Shown here: in pieces, positions 1-12,915 of the stretch | Numbering within the stretch: position 1 is the stretch's first letter | Layout of the letters: the number at the start of each line of letters is the position of its first letter | Source: Octopus vulgaris | Taxonomy: Eukaryota | DNA: 64,000 nucleotides | Direction of reading: 5' to 3' | NCBI GenBank assembly: GCA_951406725.2 | Contig: OX597814.1 | Coordinates: 165,664,001-165,728,000 of the forward strand | Translations under genes and position numbers: made by a program | The notes under the pieces: generated by a model | Database searches by the model: none | Told to the model about the DNA's origin: nothing | The model's input: only the letters and a program-made list of their open reading frames with translations

Positions 1-2329
1 GTTACGCACAGGGGTCGATGTAATCGACTTAATCCGTTTGTCTATCCTTGTTTGTCCCCTCTATGTTTAACCCCCTGTGGGTAATAAAGAAACAGACGGT
101 AGACACAATATGGGTGAATAGGGAAGAACTGAAATGTGGGAGTTCGTCTGTGGGCTAGCAGCTGAACTGTGTGGCTTTATACCAACTTTATACCACCTAC
201 TTGAGTGACTTTCCCTAAGATGTGTTCGAGGATGCACGTGTGTGTTTGTATGGCAGCAGCATTAGCCCATATATGAGAGTCGTACAACATTGCCAGCTTA
301 CACAAACTTTGTAGAAAGTTAGTAATTGCTAAAGGCTGGAGCATTTTCTAGTCCTGAAGAGGAAGACCAATCTTTGTGATGCAGCCTCGGTTACATCGTT
401 TTTTAATATATATTAAGAATTATAAAAACACACAAATGTAAATTTGGTTCAATTTACTTGATGCTATTTCTCTCGAGAATGACCAGTGCATTTAATCAGC
501 TTGGAGCTTTGTTAGCTGCTACCTAGTTAAAAATAAAAAACCTGGTCACACTGTGGTCAAACTAAGAACACGAGTTTTTTCGAAACAACATCTGCTCATG
601 CATAACAGAGAATAAATCAGAAGAACTTAAATGAATACGAATATTATAAAGCCTCACTGTAGGTTAAATAAGAATGTAAGCACATTCTTTCTTTATCATT
701 GTTGTGTGGGAAAAATAAGGAGAGAGTCCCTTGTTGAACCGTTTTCCAGTGTGTGTGTGTATGTATGTATGTATGTAATGTCATGTATATGTGTGTGTCT
801 GTGTTTGTACCCCACCATCAGCTGACAACCGATGTTGGTGTGTTTGCGCCCCCGTAACGTAGTGTTTCGGCAAAATTGACCGATAAAATAAGTACTAGGC
901 TTATAAAGAATAAGTCCTGGACTCGATTTCTTCGGCTAAAAGACACTTTAAGGAGTTAAATGACTGAAACAAATAAAAGAATATTTAACTCGCTTTGTGA
1001 TCGTGAGTGCACCAAACGACGCATGCGCGTATGCTTACTTACATTTTCGCGGGTGCTTGTATGAGCGAGTGTACACGTGCCATGCAGTTTGCGCCAGGGT
1101 GTTTATACATCTATATTTGTTAACGGTTATTTTTAATACTTTTCTCACTGTATTGCGTGTTCGTTTCTTTTTTTATTTTTTATTGTCGTCTTCTATATAA
1201 ATGAAGATATTTCCCTAGTTTTGTTGCTTTCCTTTCTACAAAATGAGGGGATACACTACGGAACTGTTATTATAACGAGTTGTATTTATTTACCACCCAA
1301 TGAGACACATCTGCACCACCGGATGCTCCTGAACCAGCTGTTAAGTGTCCCAACCGTGAGGGATCGATGCTTGATATGTTGAAACAATTGTCGTGATTAA
1401 TAATAAATTCTCGTATATTCCATCTATATATGTATACACACACATATATTTATAAATATGTATGTATATATGTATGAATATATAAATGTGTGTATATATA
1501 TATATAGAAAGAGAGAGAGAGAAGAGAGAAAGAGAATCATTAGCACACCGGACAGAATGCTTAGCAATATTTCTTCGGGCTTTACGCTCTGAGTTCAAAT
1601 TTTGCCAAAGTCGACTTTACTTTTCATCTTTTTGGGGTCGATAAAGTAAGTAACAGTTGAGCATTGTGATCAATGCAATCGACTAGTCCCTTCCCCAAAA
1701 ATATCAGGCCTACAATAAAAAGAAACGTATATGTAGGTATATGTTTCAAGTTATCTTACACATTTTCAAAAGAATCTAGAGCCACCACTGGAAGTTAACG
1801 ACGCTCAAATACATTGTTTTTTTTGTTTTTTTTTAGTTTTCTAATCACTGGAAAATGTAAATTTTAATGACCTTTCACTCAGTGGCCAGCTCGTTGACTT
1901 TATTTATGCTGACATTTCAAATACAAACCCTAACGACTATTTCTTAACATTTTCAACGAAAAGTTACCTAAATCATCAAGACTGCAAATAAAATCGTTCA
2001 CAGATAGATTCTGTTACACGTATTTGAAGTCAGAACACGATACAAATGTAATATACCATGCCGTAAATAACTACCGCAGTGAAACAGAAAGGACTGGTTG
2101 CACTCACTGAAAGTCAGTTCAAATTAACTTTGGTGAAATTTATGGCTCAAAGTTGACAAGTCTTGCTACTTTGAATGAGAAACGGCAGTTCCATTATATT
2201 AACGGAACAGGGAAATAATGTTTATAGCTTAATTTAAATATAGATTTAGGAATAAATACGACTATTTTTAATTTCAATTCTTAGGCTGGTATTGTTTAAT
2301 TTAGTATATTATCCACTGAAATTTCGTGA

Positions 2330-2330
<1 letters not shown>

Positions 2331-2398
<68 letters not shown>

Positions 2399-2412
2399 CG
2401 TGTGTGTGTGTA
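2331..2412. repeat. (TG)n microsatellite
   Basis: Direct reading; others at 11152..11212, 12856..12913, 14987..15046, 19702..19783. Confidence 0.95.
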
Positions 2413-3247
2413 TGCGTGTGCGCATGCGAAAATACGTTTGTGAATGTGAACGTACAACTAGATACATACAGTAGGATTTTACATGTATACAGTAAGGTCT
2501 TACATGTATAACTGTGTTTATCAATGTAGTTAGTGGATTAAACATCTAAAATCTGAAAGGAGATAACTCTAGTACGATCAACCAATCGATGTCTCTGAAA
2601 TTAAGATCTCCGCAGAGATGGACGTAGATCATGTCTTTAAAACTGGGGAAAAGCAGCATACATGTTTTGGTATTATTAGTCCTCCTCAGTGACGCATATC
2701 GTTCTCAGTTGGCAAAACTTAAAACTAGGTGTGGGTGGGATGTAATAACGTTGGATATGAATACCACCAATATAATTGAAGGGAAAAAGTACCCCAATGG
2801 TGTGTTTTGAATAGTAAATACAAACATAGTTAGGTATTATATATAAATATTGTAATATGTTGAACTGAAAACTAGTAGATAAAAAATCCCTTTAGGAGCA
2901 CTTAAAATGTAAAAATAACAAACAAAAGAGATAACCCCCAATGTAAGTAGGCAGCCGGTAACCAGGGGTGGACGCTACTCAACACGTTCGAATGAGCTCC
3001 ACCTCACAGCTCCATGTAAATATAATTATTATTTAATGCTTATTTTAATATGGTTATTTTATGGCAAATCAGAAGGCCGTGATTGATACATTTTAATGGC
3101 TGAAAATTCTCTTGGTCAAAATCCTGTCGACATCGTGGTATATATTATTGAATATGCATATATATGTATCTGTATGTGTGTATGTATATGCATGTGTATG
3201 TATGTATATTTGTATTATGTACTAATTTTTCCTCTTTTCTTTGGCAG

Positions 3248-3451
3248 CTTCTCATCAACCAAGCTGATTATTTAGTGACCACATTGTGCAATAAAGTGAT
3301 TAGTGACAGTCAGCTTTTCTATCGCTCCATCTGTAAACAGTACGATCAGATAGTAGAAACTATCACAAGACACGTGACCACTACATCGGAACTTGTGGCT
3401 TTACAGAAGTACATTGATGGGCTCAGTTGTGGTGAGCTGTTAGCACTAAAA
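3248..3451 (+). CDS. DNAH3: Dynein HC exon 1 in window (tail; [10 protein letters not shown]...ELLALK)
   Basis: ttggcAG acceptor after pyrimidine tract, GTaagt donor, 204 nt, phase 0-0. Confidence 0.82.
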
Positions 3452-4527
3452 GTAAGTTCACACTACTGTTTAATCACTGACTACACTTTTGCTGCGTATT
3501 TTAGTTTTACTGTAGTAATATATACTCGTCGTTTTATTTGAGTCGATTGATACATTTCCCTTGTATTGTCTTCTTCATATTCTGCAAGGAAGAAATGTAT
3601 TTTTATTTTACGAGCTTCATCTACATTTAAGGTGTAACAAGGATTAAGGTCTCTGGAACACTTGAGGGATGCCGGTCTTATCCTGTTACATTCAATTATG
3701 TCGAAAGGAAAAACCAAAACTTCGACTATCTTCAACAGCAATAAATATTTTATTTTGTTTGGATTCGCAGATAATATATATACATATATTTTCTTCAGGG
3801 CGAACCGGTAGCCAAGGCCATGAAACTAGTCACAATAGTTAACTTGTGTGAGCCAAATGCTGTCTCGTTCCTGCGTAGAAGGGGGCTTCTCTGTGCGTTG
3901 GTTTTTGCTTGAGAGAACCTTGAGTTGTGTCCTCTCGATTCGGCTGCAGCTTCGAAAAGGACAGATCCAGCGGGAAATTTTTCTGTTAAGAGTTCTCTGC
4001 GCATCCGCATGAGGGAAATTCCGGCGGCCTACTGGAAGTAATCCAACTCTGTGCATGCGCGCTGAAGATTTCCAAAATAGCGTCACTACAAAGGAAAACC
4101 CTCTTTACTTCTTTGTACTGTAGCAAAAACGAATCGCAAAATCTAGCCTTCGATAATGTGACAAAGCAAATAATAATTGTTTCTAATTTAGACACAATGG
4201 TAACATGTTTTAAGAATAGAGGGATAGTCAGTACCATCAATTCCAGTACATGAGTACTGGTGTCAATGTAATTGGCCATCCCCTCTTCCAAAATTTCAAA
4301 CTTTATGCTATAGTAGAAAGGCGAGCTGACAGAACCACTAGCACACCGGGGAAATGCTTAACAGCATTTCGTCCGTCTTCATGTTCTGTGTTCAAATTTC
4401 GGTGAGGTCGACTTTGCTTTTCATCCTTTCGGGGTCGATAAAATAAGCGCCAGTTGAATACTAGGGTCGATGTAATCGTCTGTCCCCCTTTCCTAAAATT
4501 TCAAGGGTTTTGTCTATAGTAGAAAGG

Positions 4528-4572
<45 letters not shown>

Positions 4573-7500
4573 GAGTGAGAGAGCAGTGCATGCCATCAAA
4601 GTGACAATGGGGTAAAATATACGAAGCCCAGGATACCCATCATGACTACCCGTCTGATAAGGGTACACCAGGCATATGCATCACAACCATATGTGCGCGA
4701 CATGGTTATCTCATATCAAGATAAGCAGCGCATGACCTTGCAGGTGGGGCCCAGTTAGAATTTTCTTCTGGTCAAGTAACCATCCCGCTCAAAAGATCCC
4801 TGAATAAGGATTGTTTAAGGATGTTGAACGAACCACTCATGTTTTCAAAGGTGAATTATCCAAACCTCCAAGAATTCCTTTCAACACACGGCTATGAGGC
4901 TCCCCCACTACTTCTGTTCATGATTAGAGATGCACATATCGCCAGCCACTAAGGGACATGCTCAACTGGTTAAGGTCAAACAACTGACAAGCAAATATGT
5001 GGTACTGAGCAGAATATTTGCTGTATCCCATCCTTTATACCAAGACAAAACTTATTATTATTGTTGTTGTTGTTGTTGTTAAGAAGAAAACGAAGAAGGG
5101 TGGGACTGAATATCCACGATTTAACACCATCCCAGTTCCTAACCAACTTATTTCTGGAATTAACAAATCCCTAGGCATTGTTAGTGAGAGTTGTCAAAGA
5201 TCTTACACTGACCACATTCATAATTTGAGAGATTAAATTTTAAAATCATATAAAAATATTTTTTTTTGCAATGTCTGGTCTATTATTGTTATATTTTTGT
5301 GTGAATGTGTGTGTGTGTTTTTTTTAATTTTAGGAGAAACAGGAAGTAGCTGCTGCTAATGTGATGTTCATGATGACATATGTCGTAATGAAGAGAGAAG
5401 ATTTCTTATTGATCAACAATACCTTCAGCTGGTCTAACCGTATTACACCAATAATCTCCAATATGTAAGTCACACAAGCATCCAACAGACACATACGTAC
5501 GCATACTCACGCACACACACACACATGCGCGGCACACGAATCATGTATATTCATCGCGCACGCACGCGCATATATTGTGCTTTTTACTCAAAACAAAAGA
5601 ACACTTAATATGAATATAATGAGTATGTATAAAATATTTTAATATATTTTAATGACAATAGTCATAAACCCGAGTTTTGTGTTAAGGTGGTGCTCACACT
5701 CATCAGACAGGCACGTTGGATCTAAGCCCAAAAGTGGATGCTGCAGGAGTTCTAAGCACAAAAGCTTTCTAGAAAATAAAAAGTTTATTTTCTTTTAAAT
5801 TTCAGAAAAAAAAACTCCCTTATTATTATGAAATAATAGTTCAGTGTAAAGTAAATCATGTTCAAAAACTAATGAGTAATTTCTTTTACCAGAGGAAATA
5901 GCATTTTGACCGTCTAGTTCAAAAGAGATAGAATATTATAAGTATAAAGTGAGGAAGTGATAGAGAGTGAGGGAGAGGGAGTGGAGTAAAAAGGATGGAA
6001 GGAAAACAATAAAGAGAAATATTAAATGGCTGAAAGGATAAATGAATGAAAGGCTGAATGGGGGTTTCGCCGCGAGGAGTAACTGGGAGAAAGAGCACTG
6101 GAGCTGTACTAGGACTTTACAATGTAGTTCCAATCATTTGAAATAGTGTAAGCATTTCCGATTTGGCATTTAAGTGAATTCCAAGAATAGGGCAGCTCTT
6201 AATTCATCACTTCTCCGCTCAACGCAATCCACATCTTCTGTTAATGTTAGAGTAAGAATTTGCATTTCTCGAACAGCTTCCATTTGATGTATACATGTGT
6301 GACGACTGTAAGGCGGCGAGCTGGTAGAAACGTTAGCACGCCGGGCGAAATGCGTAGCCGTATTTCGTCTGCCGTTACGTTCTGAGTTCAAATTCGGCCG
6401 AGGTCGACTTTGCCTTTCATCCTTTCGGGGTCGATAAATTAAGTACCTGTTACGCACTGGTGTCGATGTAATCGACTTAATCCCTTTGTCTGTCCTTGTT
6501 TGTCCCCTCTGTGTTTAGCCCCTTGTGGGTAATAAAGAAATATGTGTGACGACTGCACACTATAACATGTTCGTCCGTCGGAGCAATGATGATCATCTGG
6601 TCATCTTGAAGGATAACTGATGATTTACATGGTAACTCTGTTTAAAGTGAAGAAGAGTTGCGCACCGTCAGCACACTCCATCGTCAGTAAACAATTTTCG
6701 GTCCAGTGACAAAACCAGGTCAAGATGACCGAGGACGGAGAAGGGTGCAATGAATGATCAAGATATCTTACTTGCCTTATCTTGTTCTTTGCACTCCATA
6801 ATGCGTTGCTGAAGCTGTCTTCCCCTCCACTGAATGATTGAAGGTTTCTCTCGTAGAGTCCGCCAAATCCATTTTTCACATGAATAGATAGGTAAGCTCT
6901 AATGTGATAATTAACCTATAGCTGGGACCCTGACCGCTGGAACAGAATAGACCTGGGAATAATAGTGGCTAAGTGTTGCTTCTGCTCTCCTCAAAAGCAC
7001 CTTGACTCTCGAAACCGAGCCCCATAACCGGTTTGAGTGTAGTCATACTCAGTACAAGTACAAACATACACACATATACATACATAATACATACATACAT
7101 ACATACATACATACATACATACATACACACATACATACACACGTACACACATACATACACACACACATACACACATACAAACATCAGCTGCAATGGAATT
7201 GTATCATTGAACAGATCACAGAAAGGTAATACGATTTTTTGATACTAATAATAGACTTACTATTCGGAAATATTCGAGAGATAGTGAGAGAGATCACTGT
7301 GAGTGAGTGTATGTGTGTGTACGTGTGAGAGAGAGAGAGACTAATTAAAGTTTCGAGCTCAACGTATATTATTGGGTCATCCCATAAATAATGCGGTTTT
7401 TTCAATTGCATGAAATAAAATCGAGGGAGACGGGATAAACTGTCTGTGTCAACTTACTGTAAAAGCGGGTAGTAATATTACATGGTTCTTATTCTTAGAA

Positions 7501-8291
7501 GAGTGCAGTTCGATTTTAACAGTTATTTTTTCAAAGCTATAATGGAGCAGATTCGACATATTTTGCTTTATTAGTTCGATAAAGGTAACGACGCAACGGA
7601 AAGTGCAAAGAATATTAATGCAGTATATGGAGATCGGATAATAATCGTAAGCCAATTTCAACGGTGGTTCTAGAAATTCTGAGCTGGAAACTACAGCCTA
7701 GAAGACGTGCCTCGTCCTGGAAGATCTGTAGAACTCGTCGAGGTCGTCCTGCAAACCCCGGTGGAACAAAATCCTATCGTAACTGTTGAGGAACTAACAG
7801 AAAAGCTTGGATTTGGCCATTCAATCAGTCATTCAAGTCAGCGCTAGAAGGAAAACGACTGTCTTTGGTTTCAAGGCGAAAGATGTTCTTCCATTAGGAT
7901 AACGCTTGACCAAATACAGCAAGGATGACATTCCAAAAACTGGAGTAGTTTGAATTGGAAACGATGCCCATTCTAACATATTCGCCAGAAATTGCATCAT
8001 CTGATTATCACTTATTTCGCAGTCTTTAAAATCATTTGGACGGAAAAAAATATTAATTCTGTAGACGAGGTCAGAACAGTACTGGAGGAGTATTTTTTCG
8101 TCACGGACAAGTGAATTTTGGAAGAGGGGGCTTGCAAGTCTACAAGAGACATTGAAGAGCATTGTAGAAAATCAAAGAGTATATATTTTAGATTTTGAAA
8201 AATAAAAGTGTAAAAAAACTGCATTATTTAAGGGATGACCCAATATATACATATTACAAATATATTTTGTATTTTCGATTTATATAATATC

Positions 8292-8352
<61 letters not shown>

Positions 8353-11150
8353 ATGTATAATATTATACATATTTTTACATAAGAATATTATATATTATTC
8401 AAGCAGAAGGACCCAGTTTCATTCGGGTTATATACTCATAGCCTTAACACAGTACTCTTTGCTTGTAGTTTAATTTGTCACCTTCCTTCTAGGCATGGTT
8501 AGGTAAATATGCCGTAAAGGATCTGTTCGTACCTCGTTGTGAAATTATTTTTCCACGGGTTTTTTCCACTGCATTCAACATATCTGATCTCCAAATCCAT
8601 GCAAGCCACTTTTTCCAGGAAAGAAATGGGGAGGGGGGTGGGGACCTCGGAATTTCCCAGGCAGCTTGAAGTTTCCGACCAATGGAGTTTAGCTGCCACA
8701 AGCCAGTTACAACTGTGGTAATTTTTTAAGCCTACAGTAACAACCGCCTAGTTTTAAAAATAATGACGCCCGCCTTTATCAATGAATGAAGTTCTATATC
8801 AATAGATTAAATTTAAAGTAAAGCATTGTTCATCAAATATGTTAGACAAGTAATTTTACGGGATCTTTTCCTTTTGAACGGCTGTTTGTAACATAATTTC
8901 TCGGTAACTAAAAAAGTTTAAACTTCGTATACTGGTAGAATGTGTTTATAAAACACCATTTTCTCTTGGCTTTATTGAGAAAATTCTATAGGTTGTAACA
9001 TATTTCGTCTAAAATTTCTTGCATTTCGGCAATTTTAACCAATCAATTACCTCCATTGACGTAAATAACATTCTGTGCATAATGAATATGTCCTTCCTTT
9101 AAGAAACAGATTGGGTTTATTTACATTTGTGAAGAAAAAAGATACCCTTCCCCCACCCCTAACCCTAACTCACCCTAACTCAAACCCTAAACCTAAAATA
9201 GATTAAAATGCAATAGATCGATACTAGGGTTAAAATTATGGGTGACAATTTCATACGACGCCGCTATAAAAAGACTTAGCGATATGAAACCAATGGTAAA
9301 GGATAGAACTCCACTAATGGTAACCAAGTGCCTGGTATTAGGACTGAATTGAGGGATGAATTAAACATGTCTTTTGTCCAAGAGCGGGAAATATTTTTGC
9401 AACAGGTTCCACAGTTTCTGTCCACCAAATTTTATATAAATGGCTTTGGCTAATCCGTGGCTATGGTAGAAAATATTCGTACAATGAGCTCGAACAATTG
9501 TGCTGTGAACTTCTTAACCGCAGCTATGCTTGTGCTATTAATAATCTCATTGGAGCAGTTATATTCAGTACTTTATAGTTTAAAACAGTGATATACAACC
9601 TTTTATTCTGTAATGGCCCACAGTTTTTGTTCTATATCGACCATAGTCCATTCGCTATCGACCAAATAAACCGAAAATCAGTTTTTTAGTACAGATCTAA
9701 CTCAAACTATAATTTTTAAATGCACTGCTAGCCATTAAAAGCATGAAATTCAGTAAAAAGAAATGAAAAGCTTGGTCGTGAAAAATTCAGGATCTCGCTT
9801 ATTGTGTGTGACTCAACCTTATCAACAATATCTACAAATCAACCTACTCTCTAATGTTATTTATCAATGTGTCGGTCAGTATATGTTAGTCTCATACCAT
9901 TTGTACTCCTCAATCCCTACCTCTCTCTCACACACACACACAAATCCTTATACTGCTATCCTAAACAGTGTTAGCTGTATTTTACTAAATAAATGATAAG
10001 ACATTGTTGACACTCATCCGTTTAGAATTACGTATGAATATTTGGAAGAGCCTTATACAAGATTGCGCCTTGCCTTCACACATGCACTCAAAAAAATTAA
10101 TAGCCACTTGTTACAGCACACCTTTAGTATTTTACCATCATACTCTTAACCACACCCGCTTGTCAAATGGTTGATCTTTTTATTTCATGGAGATTAAGAC
10201 AGTTGCTCACGTCATAAATAATTCTCCCTCTATCTCCCTTTCTCTATCTCTCTCTCCCTCTTTCTCTCTCTTCTTCCTTTCTTTCTCCGATGTTGGGTAC
10301 GTCTGTGTTTGTATTGTCTGCTCTCTGTAAATGCCAACACAATATATAATATAAACCCTCAATCTTGACAGTCTCAAGAACAAAAGAAATCAATTAATTT
10401 CTTGTTGCTGCTTCTGTTGTTGTACTTTGGACTGTCTTATAGTGAAGGGTATTCAAGCTATGGCCATTTTGTGTCTTAGTTTTTCAAGCTTAGCGTATCT
10501 AGAACAATGTTCGCTATCTAATATAACCTTCCCTTTCTTTTCTCTAACAGTAGGCTTTTTAAGATTTGAGGGAGATTTGGCTGCTATTTTTGTCTAGTGG
10601 AGCAATTACATTGAGGTTCTCTGGATACTTTGTATGGAGTATTGTAGTTTATGTATACGACGGGGTGCTAAAATGTTCCTATCTTTAAAGGTCTCACGAA
10701 AGGCCTAGCTGAGCAAGTGTCTTATAGTTCCGGGCCGACCAAAGCCTTGTGAGTGGATTTGGTAGACGGAAACTGAAAGAAGCCCGTTGTATATATGTAT
10801 ATGTGTGTGTGTGTGTGTGCGTGCGTGTGTCTGTGTTTGTCCCCCAACATCGCTTGACAACCGATGCTGGTGTGTTTACGTCCCGTCACTTAGCGGTTCG
10901 GCAAAAGTGACCAATAGATTAAGTACTAGGCGGTGCTCCATCATGGCCGCGGTCAAATGAAACAAGTAAAAGAGTAAGCCGATCAGAAGAATTACTCCTC
11001 TTCTTGGGTACTAGACTCCATTCATTTCCCAGGTAAACATCACTACCTGAGTTTTGGGTGCATTTAGCAAAATCTGCTCCGTTGCAAGCATTCAGTCCAT
11101 ATCACCAGCATGGGAGACTTCTCGAAAGTCCTCAAGTAATAATATATATA

Positions 11151-11213
<63 letters not shown>

Positions 11214-12871
11214 CAACTTCAGTATCTAGTAATCCTCTTCGACAAAAAAAAAAAGTGTTTAATTCCAGAGGATTGGCTTTGTAGGAGTGGAGAAAGATTT
11301 GAGTGAAATGGTTTGTGGAGTGAGAAGAGAAAGGGAGTGTTATGCGGGATTAGACGGCTGTTGTGCGAAACTAGCTTGGTCAAAGAAGGGGATGGTTCTG
11401 TACTAACAATAATAGAGATGTACAACATTACTGTTGTACATCTCCTGTCTTCTTAACTGTTATTTATTTATCGATTTTGAAAGTATAAAAGGCTAAGTTC
11501 TAAACCACGCATGGGTAACCTCCGGCCCTCGGTGAGTTTTTAGGTTACTAATTTGTAGCATAACCTAAGAGTAACGACATCTCAAATTCTACCTAATATT
11601 GAAAATATGGTAAAGAATGTGAATTTGCAAAAATCTCATTGATACATCATCATCATCATTTAACGTCCGTTTTCCACGCTAGCATGGGTTGGATGGTTCG
11701 ACCGGGGTCTGGGAAGCCAGGAGGCTGCACCAGGCTCCAGTCTGATCTGGCAGTGTTTCTACAGCTGGATGCCCTTCCTAACGCCAACCACTCCTTGAGT
11801 GTAGTGGGTGCCTTTTACGTGCCACCGGCACAGAAGCCAGTCGAGGCGGCGCTGGCAACGGCCACGTTCGGATAGTGCTTTTTACGTGCCGCCGGCACTG
11901 GTATCACAACTACAATTTCCATTGATTTTTTGATTGATTTAGATTTCACTTGCCTCAACAGGTCTTCGCAAGCAGAGTTTTGTGTCCAATGGCTACATCC
12001 CTGGTAAAGGCCCCGGGTTATGGTCTCACTTGTCCTGCCGGGTCTATTTGTTCTTTAATAAAATATCAATGAATTTTCTCTTTTTTTACCTCAATATTTT
12101 AAACTACAATTTATTTACATCAGTAATCATCATTATCATTAGTAAATAAGGAAAGAGATGCCGGCTTAATGTAAACTTTCATACTAAGACAAATAAAATT
12201 AATAACTGCAAAAAATTCAGTGTATAGTGGGCAAATAATATTTCATGCATATGTGTTTTATCATGCAGCCCTCTCCCACTTGGAAATGGTACGATGCGGC
12301 CCCAGTTGACGAAATCTTGCCCATTCTTCCAGTTCTCGGTGCTGTGAAATTAGAATCTAAACTCACAGCACTGAGAACCGGAAGAAATACCTATTTCTTT
12401 ATTACCCACAAGGGGCTAAACATAGAGGAGACAAACATGGACAGACATAGGTATTAAGTCGATTATATCGACCCCAGTGCTTAACTGGTACTTAATTTAT
12501 CGACCCCGAAAGGATGAAAGGCAAAGTCGACCTCGGCGGAATTTGAACTCACAACGTAACGGCAGCCGAAATACCGCTAAGCATTTCGCCCGACGTGCTA
12601 ACGATTCTGCTAGCTCGCCGGAAGAAATACCGAGAGACAGTTTCCGACTCTCTTTACAACTCCTCAGCCAGTTTACCGAGAGTGAAGAATCTGAGAGTTT
12701 ACTTACTTAGCAACATTTAGTTTCAAATCTTTACGCTTTTACTTCAAATCTTTACGTGGTCGACTTATTCTCAACTATTTCGAGGTCGATAAAGTAAAAG
12801 AAAAACACCTGTAATATACAATAAATACCGCAAGTATATTGGAGATGATTCAATCGTGTGTGTGTGTGTGT

Positions 12872-12915
<44 letters not shown>

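Noticed and set aside
354-598. CTGAAGA-GGAAGA...TTTTTC-GAAAC possible hammerhead with >200-nt loop II
   Set aside because: Stem II is mostly pairing to a T run and stem I is not adjacent; indistinguishable from chance by eye
2292-2545. ORFs rich in CV/HT/YI/II repeats (also ~7000, 11054, 19705, 40553, 48861, 63658)
   Set aside because: Translations of microsatellites, not genes
3795-4291. Overlapping ORFs repeated at 39118..39360
   Set aside because: Mostly within solo LTRs, with frames not conserved between the copies
6170-6457. Recurrent [19 protein letters not shown] (also 12477, 40788)
   Set aside because: Antisense reading of SINE family 1
5940-6960. GC-richer block interrupted by a SINE, possibly a decayed LINE or nested gene
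   Set aside because: No motif recognised in any frame; cannot support a call
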